Assembly (NCBI GenBank): GCA_965217585.1
Contig: OZ244561.1
Location: 2,880,001-2,944,000, forward strand
Direction of reading: 5' to 3'
From: Candidatus Latescibacterota bacterium
GTDB lineage: Bacteria; Latescibacterota; UBA2968; UBA8231
Length of the DNA stretch: 64,000 bases
Shown here: positions 1 to 10,910 of the stretch, one piece after another
How the letters are laid out: every line of letters starts with the position of its first letter
Numbering within the stretch: the stretch's first letter is position 1
The notes under the pieces: generated by a model
The model's database searches: none
Seen by the model: only the letters and a program-made list of their open reading frames with translations
Told to the model about the DNA's origin: nothing
Position numbers and translations under genes: made by a program

Positions 1-926
1 ATTTCTGGCACCCTTTTCGGCATTGGAGGAAATACCAGGTAATGACCGAGAGCAACCGGGGAGCGGAGGTCTTCCCTTACGAGGTGGATCACAACTTTGC
101 AGAGACCATGAACTTGGAGCTGATACATGGACGGGACTTCTCGCTGGCCCAAGGAGACAAGGATAATCTTGTGTTGATCTCCGAGAGCACGGCGACGCAG
201 TTGGGACTCATCGACCCACTCGATCAGAAGATCGATATCGTCCGCATATCGAGTGAGGGGCCCGAGCCGATACATCGCAGGGTCGGGACTGGAGCGCGCA
301 TCATCGGCGTAGTCAAGGACTTCACCTTCGAGTCAGGGTACGAGGATGTTCCCTTGGGTCTGCTGCTGCTCAATCCCGACCACGGTACTGCCGATCTCAT
401 GTTCGTCCGCGTGAAGCCGGGAGACCCGCAGGAGGCCGTCCAGTACATGCAGGAGACGTGGAGCAGCATCGTTGACTATGCCGACTTCGAGTTCTCCTTC
501 CTACAGCAGAATTTGGAGGCGGCCTACCGCGACGAGCTGCGCTGGCGTCGGCTCATCACCTGGGCTGCGATCGGCGCGGTGTTTATCTCCGCCCTTGGGG
601 CCTTTGCGCTCACTGCCCTCGCTGCGGGTCGCCGCACCAAGGAAATCGGCATCCGCAAAGCCCTTGGTGCCAGTGTCTTCGGCCTTACCACGCTGATGGC
701 CCGCGAGTTTGCCTGTCTCGCCCTGATCGGCTCGCTCGTGGCGTGGCCTCTGTCTTGGTGGTGGATGCGCGATTGGCTGAACGGCTTTGCCTTCCGCATT
801 GATCTGGAGGCGTGGCACTTTGCCGCTGGCGCTGCGATTGCGCTCGTCGCGGTTTTGATTAGCTCCGGCCATCAGGCCTATAAGGCCGCTAAGGGAGACC
901 CGGTAGAAGCGCTGCGCTACGAGTAG
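1..926 (+). CDS. MacB/FtsX-family ABC transporter permease (5'-partial)
   Basis: C-terminal FtsX domain (RRTKEIGIRKALGA) ending DPVEALRYE; the frame runs off the window start; C-terminal half nearly identical to the next gene. Confidence 0.9.
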   Translation, partial: FWHPFRHWRKYQVMTESNRGAEVFPYEVDHNFAETMNLELIHGRDFSLAQGDKDNLVLISESTATQLGLIDPLDQKIDIVRISSEGPEPIHRRVGTGARIIGVVKDFTFESGYEDVPLGLLLLNPDHGTADLMFVRVKPGDPQEAVQYMQETWSSIVDYADFEFSFLQQNLEAAYRDELRWRRLITWAAIGAVFISALGAFALTALAAGRRTKEIGIRKALGASVFGLTTLMAREFACLALIGSLVAWPLSWWWMRDWLNGFAFRIDLEAWHFAAGAAIALVAVLISSGHQAYKAAKGDPVEALRYE

Positions 927-977
927 AGGGATTCCCTATAAGTCGCACCGATTTGAGTGAGAAGGAAGGTACTAATC

Positions 978-3476
978 ATGCTACGCAATAATCTGATCAT
1001 CGCTTGGCGCAATTTGATGCGCCACCGCCTGCACACGGTCATCAACCTCGCCGGGCTGAGCCTAGGCATGGCGTTCTGTCTGCTCGCTTGGCGCTTTGCC
1101 TCTCAGGAGTGGTCGTTTGATCGCTTCCACAGCAAAGGGGACCGGGTCTATCGCGTTTATGTCGAGGCCATGGACCCAGAGGAGGGGTTAGTGCGCTACG
1201 CCGACGTGATTGATTTTGCTTTCGCGCCCGAGCTGGAGGCCCTCTCACCGCAGGTGGAGCGCACGGTGCGCCTCAGCGCGGCGAGAGGGAACGACATAGA
1301 TGACCGCGTCGTGCGGACGACCTTCGCGGGCAACTCGGCCGATGAGGAATTCCTCCTCGTCGATCCCGCGTTTTTCGAGGTCTTTGACTTCCCGCTCCTG
1401 CTAGGGAACGCCGCCACGGCGCTGGCCGAGCGCAATTCCGTCGTCTTGAGCTACGAAATGGCTCAACGCCTGTTCGGGGACGCCGATCCGCTGGGCCAGA
1501 GTCTGAGGTTAACCTCGCTGGCCACGTCCGATGTCGAGGACTTCACCATCACCGGAGTGGCGGCACCAGTTCCGCGCACGTCGTCGATTCAGTTCAACAT
1601 GCTGCTGCCGTTCGACAACACGGAGTTACTCTACCACCGTTCCCCGGATGAGTGGGAAGGCACGTGCAACGCATACGTCCTACTCGCGTCCGATGCAGAC
1701 CCGGCTGACGTAGCGCCGGCCTTCGTGCAACTCACGCGGGCCATAGCTCAAAGGGATGGAGGGGAGATCCCGGAAGACCTCCCGGAGGATTTCTCTTGGT
1801 TTCGGTTGCAGCCGCTGGCCGACCTGCGCTCGGATACCAGCTTGATGTCATTTAAGGACGGACACGGCGTGGTGGAGCCGAGGGATCCGTACGTCTCGTA
1901 TGTACTCGTCAGTATGGCCTTGGCAGTCTTGTTGATGGGATGTATCAACTTCGTCAATCTGGCCATTGGCCGGGCCTCGCTGAGGGCAGCGGAGGTCGGT
2001 GTGCGCAAGGCGGCGGGTGCTGGACGCGGGCAGTTGATGCGTCAGTTCATCGGCGAGGCGGTGGTGCTGTCTGTTGTCGGGTTGGGTGCCGGATGTGCGT
2101 TGGCGGCGCTGCTACTGCCGGCGTTCAACGCCACCTTCTCGCAAGAGCTGTCGCTTGGTCTGAGCGAGCCGGGTATGCTGGGTGCATTGGGGGCGTTGTT
2201 GTTGCTGGTCAGTTTGGGAGCGGGTTGGTATCCGGCGTTCGTGCTATCCCGTCTGGATCCTTTGAGCGCGATTCGGCGCAACGTGTCTATGTCCGGGATC
2301 GCTCGATTTAGCCGCGTGCTCGTGGGTGTGCAGTTGGCCATTTCCGTGGGGTTGATCACTTGTACGCTGGTCATGTATCACCAACTAGAGCACGTCATGG
2401 CCCGCGACTTGGGGCTCGACCAAGAGCGCGTCATAGCGGTACATACGAATGCTCTCTACGACTTGAAGCCCGATCATCCCGAACTCGTGGAGGCTTTCCT
2501 CCGCCATAGTCGGGTCGCCTCGGTTACCATGGTGGACAACAACTTCCTGCAAGACACTCGTTGGTCCGACTACCGCGCTAAGACCGAGAACGGCCGGGAG
2601 ACAAAAGTCCGTCTTTACACGGTAGATCACAACTTCGTGGAGACCATGAACTTGGAACTGATAGCTGGACGGGACTTCTCGCTGGCGCAGGGCGACAAGA
2701 ATAACCTCGCTCTGATCTCCGAGAGCGCGGCGACACAACTCGTACTCGTCGACCCGATTGGTGAGATGATCGAAGTTGGGCGGATGTCGAGCAGATCGGG
2801 GTTCAGGCCGGTGTTTGGGGCGCGGGATGGGGCACGCATCATCGGTGTAGTCGAGGACTTCACCTTCGAGTCAGGGTACGAAGACGTCCCCCCGGGCCTG
2901 CTGTTGCTCAATCCCGCCTTGGGACCAGGTCACTACGAAGCCAATCTCATGCTCGTGCGCGTGAAGCCAGGAGATATGCAAGAGGTCGTCCAGCATATGC
3001 AAGAGTCATGGGACAGCATCGTTGATTACGCTGACTTCGAGTTCTCCTTCCTGCAGCAGGACTTGGAAGCGGCTTACCGCGACGAGTTGCGCTGGCGTCG
3101 GCTCATCACGTGGGCTGCGGTCGGCGCGGTGTTTATCTCCGCCCTTGGGGCCTTTGCGCTCACCGCCCTCGCCGCCGGTCGCCGCACCAAGGAGATCGGC
3201 ATCCGCAAAGCCCTTGGTTCCAGCGTCCTCGGCCTCACCACGCTGATCACCCGCGAGTTTGCCTGTCTCGCCCTGATTGGCTCGGCGGTGGCGTGGCCTC
3301 TGTCTTGGTGGTGGATGCGCGATTGGCTGAACGGCTTTGCCTTCCGCATCGATCTGGCGGCGTGGCATTTTGCCGCTGGCGCTGCGATTGCGCTCGTCGC
3401 GGTTCTGATTAGCTCCGGCCATCAGGCGTACAAGGCCGCTAAGGCCGATCCAGTAGAAGCGCTGCGCTACGAATGA
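978..3476 (+). CDS. Duplicated MacB/FtsX-family ABC permease
   Basis: MLRNNLIIAWRNL start after GGAAGG; two periplasmic plus FtsX halves (EVGVRKAAGA, EIGIRKALGS); ends EALRYE. Confidence 0.92.
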   Translation: MLRNNLIIAWRNLMRHRLHTVINLAGLSLGMAFCLLAWRFASQEWSFDRFHSKGDRVYRVYVEAMDPEEGLVRYADVIDFAFAPELEALSPQVERTVRLSAARGNDIDDRVVRTTFAGNSADEEFLLVDPAFFEVFDFPLLLGNAATALAERNSVVLSYEMAQRLFGDADPLGQSLRLTSLATSDVEDFTITGVAAPVPRTSSIQFNMLLPFDNTELLYHRSPDEWEGTCNAYVLLASDADPADVAPAFVQLTRAIAQRDGGEIPEDLPEDFSWFRLQPLADLRSDTSLMSFKDGHGVVEPRDPYVSYVLVSMALAVLLMGCINFVNLAIGRASLRAAEVGVRKAAGAGRGQLMRQFIGEAVVLSVVGLGAGCALAALLLPAFNATFSQELSLGLSEPGMLGALGALLLLVSLGAGWYPAFVLSRLDPLSAIRRNVSMSGIARFSRVLVGVQLAISVGLITCTLVMYHQLEHVMARDLGLDQERVIAVHTNALYDLKPDHPELVEAFLRHSRVASVTMVDNNFLQDTRWSDYRAKTENGRETKVRLYTVDHNFVETMNLELIAGRDFSLAQGDKNNLALISESAATQLVLVDPIGEMIEVGRMSSRSGFRPVFGARDGARIIGVVEDFTFESGYEDVPPGLLLLNPALGPGHYEANLMLVRVKPGDMQEVVQHMQESWDSIVDYADFEFSFLQQDLEAAYRDELRWRRLITWAAVGAVFISALGAFALTALAAGRRTKEIGIRKALGSSVLGLTTLITREFACLALIGSAVAWPLSWWWMRDWLNGFAFRIDLAAWHFAAGAAIALVAVLISSGHQAYKAAKADPVEALRYE

Positions 3477-3513
3477 GTCCACGCAGCGTGGATGTCTTCG
3501 CTAGGAGTAGATC

Positions 3514-5889
3514 ATGTTCAAGAGCTACCTGCACATCGCCGCCCGCCATCTGACTCGCCACCGGATCTACGCGCTGACCAATGTCGGCGGCTTAGCGGTT
3601 GGGCTCGCGGGCTGTATGCTCATGGCCTTATGGGTGCTCGGCCAACTGGAGACCGACCGGTTTCACGAGCACGGCGAGCGCATCTACCGAGTTGTCTCCC
3701 AGGGTGAGAAAGCTACCCGCTTGACGACGCCTGCCGTCCTCGGCACCAGCCTTCAGCGCGAGGCGACCGAGGTGGAAGCTGTAGGGCGCTTGCTGAGTGT
3801 GGACAACCCAGTGCCGCTCGTCAGCCACGGAGAGAAGCGTTTCTACGAGGATGCCTTTCTCTTCGCCGACCCGGAGATTCTGAAGGTTTTTACCCTGCCC
3901 TTGGTTGCTGGCGACGCCGCCACTGCGCTCGACCAGCCTTTTGCCGTCCTCCTCTCCGAGTCTGCGGCGCGCAAGCTGTTCGGCGACGCCGATCCCATGG
4001 GGCAAGTCATCCGCTTCAAGGATTATCTCGACCTGAAGGTGACCGGGATTCTGCGCGACCTGCCCGAGCAGTCGCACCTGCGGATTGAGTTCCTCGCCTC
4101 CTTTGCCACGGTGGAACGCTGGCTGGGGTCTAGCGCGGTGAGCGACTGGCGGCGCAGCATGTACCGCACGTATCTGCTGCTGCGTCCCGGCGTTGAGCAG
4201 CATTCGTTGAGCGGTCTGCTCGACCAACTGCGGCAAGAACACTTCGGCGTTGACGATCGCGGCCACTGGGAGCTACAGGCGCTTCACCGGATTCACCTTT
4301 ATTCGCGGGAGGATTTGGGCATCTCAGGGGGTGGAGATATCCGCGAGGTGATCATCTTGGCGACGGTCGCGTGCTTGGTCCTGCTCGTCGCCTGCCTCAA
4401 CTACGCCAATCTGGGGACCGCTTTGGCCGCACAGCGAGTGCGCGAGATTGGGCTGCGGCTGTCGATGGGCGCTGGTCGCAGCCAACTGGCGCGGCAGTTC
4501 TTGATCGAATCAGCCGTGGTGACCTCCTTGGCCTTTGCTATCGCCGTGGCCTTGGCGGACACGTTGGCTCCACACGTGACGCGCTTCGGCGGGACGGAGA
4601 TTGCCCTGGCGTACTCCGATCCGAAGGTGTTGGCCCTGATGGCGTCGATCTTTCTCTTGGCGGTGGTCTTGTCGGGGGGATACCCCGCCTTTTGCCTCGC
4701 CCGGATCGCGCCGGTGCGGGCTTTGGAAGGTAGTGGTACCGTCGGCAGCAGAAGGGGTCGCCTAGGTATGGTGACGGCGCAGTTCGTCGTCTCCGTGGGA
4801 CTGCTCTGCGCAACGGCGATCGCTCAGCAGCAATTGGCTTTTATCGAGAACGCGGAACTTGGTATCGAGACTGAGCAGGTCTTGGTGGTGCCGATCCGCA
4901 GCCAGCCGATGCGGGGCGACCCGCAGGCGGTGAAGGCGCGGTTGGGCCAGCTACCGGAGATCACCTCGGTGAGCGCAGCCGCGTTGTTGCCGGCAGGGCC
5001 GGTGGGCAAAAGCAGCATCCAGCCGCATCGGGCGGAGGCAGATCCCGTGAGCGTCGATCTGCTGTGGGTCGATGCCGGAGCGACGGAAACGCTCGGCATG
5101 ACCCTAGCAGCAGGAGAGGGGTTCACTGAGAACATGGAGCCGCGCAACGGGTACTTTGTCCTCTCGCAGGCGGCGGTGCAGGCGCTGGGATGGGAGTCTG
5201 CGGAGGCTGCCATTGGCCGGACTTTGGCGATCGGGCAAGCCGGGGGCACAGGCGTCTCCCCTGAGGGCACTGTCGTCGGCGTGGTTGAGGACTTCCACTC
5301 AGGATCTCTGCGGCGCGGCATCCAACCGGTCGTCATGCAGCTATGGCCGTGGAACAACTACCTGCTCATTCGCTTCCGCGCCCATTCCCTACAGCACGTC
5401 GTGCAGCAAGTCGAAGCGGTGATGGCAGAGTTAGATCCCGTCCACCCCTTTGAGTATTCCCTGCTCGACGACCGCTTTGCCGCCATGTACCGAAAGGATG
5501 AAAGGCTGGGGACGCTGTTTGCCGGCTTCGGCGGGCTGGCCCTGCTCGTCGCCTGCGTGGGGATGTTCGGCCTCGCTTCCTTTGCCGCGCAGCGCCGGCG
5601 CATGGAGTTCGGAGTGCGCAAGGCATTGGGTGCTACCGGAGTAGAGATCGGTCGCCTCCTCGCCGGAGAGCTTACGCGTTTGGTGCTGGTGGCCAGCTTG
5701 CTCGCCTGCCCGATCGCCTACTTTGGCATGGCTGCGTGGGTGGAGCAGTTCAGCGAGCGCGCCGAGGTCGGTGCTGCTTCGTTCGTCGTGGCGGTTGCAG
5801 CCGCGTTGGTCGCCGCTTGGGTGAGCGTCGCGTACCATGCCATCAGGACGAGTCGGATCGATCCAGTGGAAGCGCTGCGCTATGAGTAG
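3514..5889 (+). CDS. Duplicated MacB/FtsX-family ABC permease
   Basis: MFKSYLHIAARHL start after AGGAG; EIGLRLSMGA and EFGVRKALGA motifs; ends EALRYE. Confidence 0.92.
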   Translation: MFKSYLHIAARHLTRHRIYALTNVGGLAVGLAGCMLMALWVLGQLETDRFHEHGERIYRVVSQGEKATRLTTPAVLGTSLQREATEVEAVGRLLSVDNPVPLVSHGEKRFYEDAFLFADPEILKVFTLPLVAGDAATALDQPFAVLLSESAARKLFGDADPMGQVIRFKDYLDLKVTGILRDLPEQSHLRIEFLASFATVERWLGSSAVSDWRRSMYRTYLLLRPGVEQHSLSGLLDQLRQEHFGVDDRGHWELQALHRIHLYSREDLGISGGGDIREVIILATVACLVLLVACLNYANLGTALAAQRVREIGLRLSMGAGRSQLARQFLIESAVVTSLAFAIAVALADTLAPHVTRFGGTEIALAYSDPKVLALMASIFLLAVVLSGGYPAFCLARIAPVRALEGSGTVGSRRGRLGMVTAQFVVSVGLLCATAIAQQQLAFIENAELGIETEQVLVVPIRSQPMRGDPQAVKARLGQLPEITSVSAAALLPAGPVGKSSIQPHRAEADPVSVDLLWVDAGATETLGMTLAAGEGFTENMEPRNGYFVLSQAAVQALGWESAEAAIGRTLAIGQAGGTGVSPEGTVVGVVEDFHSGSLRRGIQPVVMQLWPWNNYLLIRFRAHSLQHVVQQVEAVMAELDPVHPFEYSLLDDRFAAMYRKDERLGTLFAGFGGLALLVACVGMFGLASFAAQRRRMEFGVRKALGATGVEIGRLLAGELTRLVLVASLLACPIAYFGMAAWVEQFSERAEVGAASFVVAVAAALVAAWVSVAYHAIRTSRIDPVEALRYE

Positions 5890-5964
5890 TCAATGGAAGA
5901 ACGAACGTATACTGCGAGTTACTAACAGTCCTGAACACTCAACGAGAATATGGGGAATCACACT

Positions 5965-8364
5965 ATGTGGAAGAGCAATCTGATTATTGCCCTGCGCGTA
6001 TTGGGGCGCAACAAGACGATTTCGCTGATCAACATCGTCGGCCTGTCTGCGGCCTTTGCCGTGGCGGTTCTGTGTCTGCTGTTCGTGCGCCACGAGACCT
6101 CCTTCGACGCTTGGCACGAAAAAGGGGACCGGATCTTCGCCATCTATGTTGAGCTTCTAGAGCCCGACCCCGGTTCCTCTCCCAAGCGTTCCACGATGAT
6201 AGGTTACCGTCTGCGCGAGGACGTGCGCGCTAAAGTCACCGGCATCCGCGAATTGGTTTCTATGAAGTTGGGATACAGCAAAGTCTCGTATGGCGATGCG
6301 ACCTTTGACGAGTCCTTCCTCGCTGTCGATCCGGCCTTCCTGACTATGTTCACCTTGCCGCTGGCTGCGGGCGATGCGGCGACGGCCCTCGACGATCCCC
6401 AGAACGTTGTTCTCGCCCATGAGACGGCGCAGAAGTACTTCGGCCCGAATGTGCCAGCCCATGCCATGCTGGGCAAGCACATCCGGTTGCACACTGTCGA
6501 GCGGGACTACTCGACGTCACCACCGCAGGAGACACCCATTGAGGTGGAACGCACCATTGCGGGTGTGCTGGCCCCGCTGCCGGGGCCTTCTATTTTGCGT
6601 CTAAAAGTACTCGTGCCCGCGGTAACGGCCGAGGCGCTGTACTTCAGGGGCGTAGAGGGACTTTTTGTTGAACTCGAAGAGGGCGTAGAGCATACCGAAG
6701 TGGAAACGCGGCTGGAGCCCCTGGTCTCGCGGGACCGACTGAAGTTGCAACCTTTTGCGGGCGCTCACATAGGACCTGAGATAGCGGGACCCGCCGACTT
6801 TGGTTATGGCACGGTCAAGCATATCTATCTGCTGGCGGGGCTGGCCGCGCTCGTGCTGCTGATCGCTGCTATCAACTTCGTCAATCTCGCCATGAGCCGC
6901 GCTATGACGCGGACTTTGGAGGTTGGGATGCGCAAGGCGATCGGCGCGACGCGCCACCAGCTTTCCAACCAGTTCCTCGCCGAAGCCATCGTGGTGAGTC
7001 TAATCGCCATCGTCGTTGGCATGGGCCTTGCCGAAGTCGCGCTGCCGACGTTTAACGCGGTCGTGCATCAGCAGCTGGAGATCGAGTGGTTGTCGGTCGA
7101 GACGGGGATAGGTGCCTTAGCCCTTGCCTTGGTGGTCGGCGTACTGTCGGGCTTGTACCCGGCCCAAGTGGTTGCGCGGCTCCATCCCGTCCGGGCACTG
7201 TCCCGCAAGACGCCTCAGCCGGGTCGCGGTTGGCTCGGTCGCGGTCTGATTGTCGTGCAGTTTGCTCTGTCAGCCGTTCTCGTCGTCGTAACGATCACTA
7301 TGGTGCGACAGCTCGATTTTATGCGCACCAAGGATTTGGGCTTCGACGGCGACCGGGTCGTGCTGGTTGCCCACAAAGGCGATCTCAATCCTTTGCAGAT
7401 TGAGCGTCTCGCCGACGAGATCAATTCTCGACCGGGACTTTTACAAGGAGTCACGGGTGCCTGGCCAGCACCCGGCTTTGGTGGCTTCTCCCCCATGCCA
7501 ATCCGGTCCGATGAGAAAGTGCTCCGCGCCAAGCCCTTCTACGTAAGTCCAAACTTCCTAAGCGTCATGGGTATCGAGATCCTCTCCGGGCAGGGCTTCG
7601 ATCCCAATCTGCCGCATGGCGTCCTGCTCAACGAGACTGCTGCACACTTCTTCGGCCCTGAAGACCTAATTGGTCGCACCTTGACAGGCCCTGGTGACGA
7701 GCCGATAACGGTGATCGGCATAGTCAAGGATTTCCACTTCGTGGATATGCGCCATACCGTAGGACCGGCTTTTCTGACGACGAGCCCGCTTATATCCAAG
7801 CCCAAATCCAGGCAGACAGACCAGTTCAAGTACACCCTATTCCGGCTCGACCGCGCCGACCTGCCCGCGGCAGTTGAAGAGGTAAAGGCGCTGTGGAAGC
7901 GGGTTTTGCCGGAATACGAATTATGGGGCGTGCGCTTCCTCGACGAGTCCTTTGCCTCGAGATACTGGGAAGAGCAGCGCATCGGTCTTGTCATGCGATG
8001 GATGAGCGCCGTCGCCATTGCGATCTCCTGCATGGGGCTTTTCGGCTTGGTCGCCTTAGCGGCGGTGCGGCGCACCAAGGAAATTGGCATCCGCAAGGTA
8101 TTGGGCGCTACGACCGGCAGCGTGCTGCTGTTGATGTCGCGCGAATTCGGCTGGCTGGTGGTGGTGGCCAATGTCATTGCCTGGCCTGTGGCCTATTTCG
8201 TCTTGAACCGCTGGCTCGCGTTCTACGCCTATCGCATTGACATTGGCTTGGGTTGGTTTGTGTTGGCAGGCGTGGGCGTTCTCGCGGTCGCGCTGGCCAC
8301 CGTCAGCAGCCAGACGTGGCTGGCGGCGCGGACCAATCCGGCGGATGCGTTGAGATACGAGTAG
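5965..8364 (+). CDS. Duplicated MacB/FtsX-family ABC permease
   Basis: MWKSNLIIALRVL start; EVGMRKAIGA and EIGIRKVLGA; ends DALRYE; close paralog of 13634-16027. Confidence 0.92.
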   Translation: MWKSNLIIALRVLGRNKTISLINIVGLSAAFAVAVLCLLFVRHETSFDAWHEKGDRIFAIYVELLEPDPGSSPKRSTMIGYRLREDVRAKVTGIRELVSMKLGYSKVSYGDATFDESFLAVDPAFLTMFTLPLAAGDAATALDDPQNVVLAHETAQKYFGPNVPAHAMLGKHIRLHTVERDYSTSPPQETPIEVERTIAGVLAPLPGPSILRLKVLVPAVTAEALYFRGVEGLFVELEEGVEHTEVETRLEPLVSRDRLKLQPFAGAHIGPEIAGPADFGYGTVKHIYLLAGLAALVLLIAAINFVNLAMSRAMTRTLEVGMRKAIGATRHQLSNQFLAEAIVVSLIAIVVGMGLAEVALPTFNAVVHQQLEIEWLSVETGIGALALALVVGVLSGLYPAQVVARLHPVRALSRKTPQPGRGWLGRGLIVVQFALSAVLVVVTITMVRQLDFMRTKDLGFDGDRVVLVAHKGDLNPLQIERLADEINSRPGLLQGVTGAWPAPGFGGFSPMPIRSDEKVLRAKPFYVSPNFLSVMGIEILSGQGFDPNLPHGVLLNETAAHFFGPEDLIGRTLTGPGDEPITVIGIVKDFHFVDMRHTVGPAFLTTSPLISKPKSRQTDQFKYTLFRLDRADLPAAVEEVKALWKRVLPEYELWGVRFLDESFASRYWEEQRIGLVMRWMSAVAIAISCMGLFGLVALAAVRRTKEIGIRKVLGATTGSVLLLMSREFGWLVVVANVIAWPVAYFVLNRWLAFYAYRIDIGLGWFVLAGVGVLAVALATVSSQTWLAARTNPADALRYE

Positions 8365-8413
8365 GGGGAGAGAGAGCAAGTAGAAGCAGACCCCGAAGCC
8401 GAAAGGGAATGGG

Positions 8414-10822
8414 ATGCTAAGAAACCTAATTATCACGGCTGGACGCAATCTCGTCCGGCACAAGGCGTATGCGCTGCTGAACGTCGTTGGGCTGACGATT
8501 GGCATCTCGGGTTGTCTGCTCGTCCTGCTCTTCGTGCGATTGGAGTTTTCGAGAGGAACCGCGTATCCCAAGACGGATCGCATCTACCGCGTGATCTCGT
8601 GGACGCTCAACAACGACAATGAGCGTCGGTACAATCGTGGATCGGACGGCCTAGTCGGTCCTGCCATGTTGGAGAGGTTGCCAGAGGTCGAAGGGTTTGT
8701 GCGCTCTCAAGCACATTGGCCTGTGCGCGTGTGGTGGGGGGACGCAGTAACCGGGGACCATCAGATCGCGATCGTGGATACGTCTTTTCTTGAGACCTTT
8801 GATGTGGAACTGATTTCCGGCGACCGCCGTACTGCGCTGTCGGCACCGAACGGTGTCGTTCTCGCCGAACGTGCGGCAAAGGTCATTTTCGGCGATCGGG
8901 ATCCAATGGGGCAAACCCTGACGGTGGATCATCGGCAAGTTCGCGGGGAGTACACGGTTACGGGAATAGCTAAAGACCCACGCTGGACCGTTTACGCCCT
9001 CAACTTCAATCTGATCACGGCCCAGCGCCCACAAGCAGCGGCGTGGGACCGCGTGCTCATGAGCGGACCCTGGCGGCCCATCCAGACGTTTGTCTTGCTC
9101 CGGGAAGATGCCAACGTCGAGCGCCTGTCTTCTATGCTGGGCGCACTGAACGTTCAAGTGAACGGGGAAGAATGGGACGGGAAGGCGGGATACGCGCTGC
9201 AGCCGCTGAAACGGATTCATCTGTATGGTCAGCAAGACTATCCCGGCATTGCTGCTTTCGGCAACATTCAGACGGTGTATGTGCTGTCCGGCATTGCGCT
9301 GTTCGTTCTGTTGATTGCCGGCGTCAACTTCGTGAATCTGACGACCGCGCAGTTCGCGCAGCGAACCAAAGAGGTTGGCGTCCGGAAAGTGGTCGGGGCT
9401 GGGCGCTTGTCGCTGGTCTCCCAGTTCCTGAGTGAGTCGATTCTACTGACGCTCGGGGCTGGGCTGCTCTCCGTGCTGGTCGCATGGCTTGCGCTACCGG
9501 CTTTTAACAGCTACGTGGCCAGGCGTCTCACGCTCGACGGCGACGTGTCGCTGTGGCTGATGTACGGATCCCTAATCCTAGCGGTTGGTGTGCTCGCCGG
9601 TCTCTACCCAGCGGTTGTCATGACGCGGCTGCGACCGACGCACGCCCTCTTCGGCGCGAGGGCTACGGGAGGTGCCCCTTGGCTAAGGAGATTCTTGGTC
9701 ACCTTTCAGTTCGCGATCTCGGTGGCGCTGATCACGTCAGCGCTTGTTCTGCGCGATCAGGTGCACTACTTGCTGTCCAAGGACACCGGGCTCGATCGCA
9801 GTCACGTCCTGTGGATACCGATCATCGATAAAAATCCAACGCTTGCCGGCCGCAAGGATGAGATCAGGCGTGCCTTCAGGCAAAACCCGAATGTGCTCGG
9901 GTCTGCGTTTTCGTCGATTCTTCCGGTATATAAGTGGCCGGTAAAGGTGATTCCAGAAGGGGCTTCCGAGGCGTGGACGATGCTGGATGTCCATGTGGAC
10001 GAAGATTTTGTCGAGCTGATGGGAATCGAGCTGATCGCGGGCCGGAACTTCTCGCGGGATAGGCCCAGCGATGCTAGCGAGGCATTCTTGCTCAACGAAA
10101 CCGCAGTCCGGCATTTGGGTTGGGAGATCGGCGGCACTGAGCCGGAGAGAGACGCCCTCGGCAAGGCATTCTACTGGCCCGATCTGAAGCGGCAGGGTTA
10201 CATCGTGGGTATTGTCAAAGACTTCCACATCGGGACGCTGCGAGACCCGACCGAGCCGGCCTTCCTCGCGATTCAGCGCGAGAGAGAATTCAGTCTGCTG
10301 GTCAAGATCCGCCCCGAGCGCATGCGCGAGACGATAGACTTCCTCGGGGAGACATGGCGGTCGTTTGCACCCGCCAAGCCGTTCCAGTATCGGTTTCTGG
10401 ACGATGCCGTTGAATACCTTCACCGAGAAGAGATCCGTCTGAGCAACGTTGCGACGAGCTTCGTCGTGCTCGCCATGCTTCTCGCCTGTCTCGGCTTGTT
10501 CTCACTGGTCTCATTTTCAGCGGAGCAGCGGACTAAGGAGATTGCGATTCGGAAAGTGGCCGGGGCAACTAGCGGAAACCTCTTCGCACTGCTGACGCGC
10601 GGTTTCCTGCAGCCGGTGCTGCTCGCCTGTCTGATTGGCTGGCCTATTGCCTATGTCTTGATGGATAGATGGCTGTCGGACTATGCGCACCGGATCGATC
10701 TCGATGCCGTGCCGTTCTTGATGGGCGGCATCGGAGTAATGGTCGCCGCCTTGGTGACGGTCGGGTACCGGACCTTGAAGGCAGCCGGGGCCAATCCAGT
10801 CGAAGCATTGAGAAACGAGTAG
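8414..10822 (+). CDS. Duplicated MacB/FtsX-family ABC permease
   Basis: EVGVRKVVGA and EIAIRKVAGA motifs; ends EALRNE. Confidence 0.92.
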   Translation: MLRNLIITAGRNLVRHKAYALLNVVGLTIGISGCLLVLLFVRLEFSRGTAYPKTDRIYRVISWTLNNDNERRYNRGSDGLVGPAMLERLPEVEGFVRSQAHWPVRVWWGDAVTGDHQIAIVDTSFLETFDVELISGDRRTALSAPNGVVLAERAAKVIFGDRDPMGQTLTVDHRQVRGEYTVTGIAKDPRWTVYALNFNLITAQRPQAAAWDRVLMSGPWRPIQTFVLLREDANVERLSSMLGALNVQVNGEEWDGKAGYALQPLKRIHLYGQQDYPGIAAFGNIQTVYVLSGIALFVLLIAGVNFVNLTTAQFAQRTKEVGVRKVVGAGRLSLVSQFLSESILLTLGAGLLSVLVAWLALPAFNSYVARRLTLDGDVSLWLMYGSLILAVGVLAGLYPAVVMTRLRPTHALFGARATGGAPWLRRFLVTFQFAISVALITSALVLRDQVHYLLSKDTGLDRSHVLWIPIIDKNPTLAGRKDEIRRAFRQNPNVLGSAFSSILPVYKWPVKVIPEGASEAWTMLDVHVDEDFVELMGIELIAGRNFSRDRPSDASEAFLLNETAVRHLGWEIGGTEPERDALGKAFYWPDLKRQGYIVGIVKDFHIGTLRDPTEPAFLAIQREREFSLLVKIRPERMRETIDFLGETWRSFAPAKPFQYRFLDDAVEYLHREEIRLSNVATSFVVLAMLLACLGLFSLVSFSAEQRTKEIAIRKVAGATSGNLFALLTRGFLQPVLLACLIGWPIAYVLMDRWLSDYAHRIDLDAVPFLMGGIGVMVAALVTVGYRTLKAAGANPVEALRNE

Positions 10823-10910
10823 CGCGCGGAGTCAGGGCACCGCGTGGGTGAGTGTCGCCTACCACGCCATCAGGAGGAGCCGGATCGATCCGGTGGGAGT
10901 AGTCATGTTC

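Noticed and set aside
468-3476. Diversity-generating retroelement template/variable repeat pair among permease paralogs
   Set aside because: The differences inspected are mostly synonymous and not adenine-specific, and there is no reverse transcriptase in the window.
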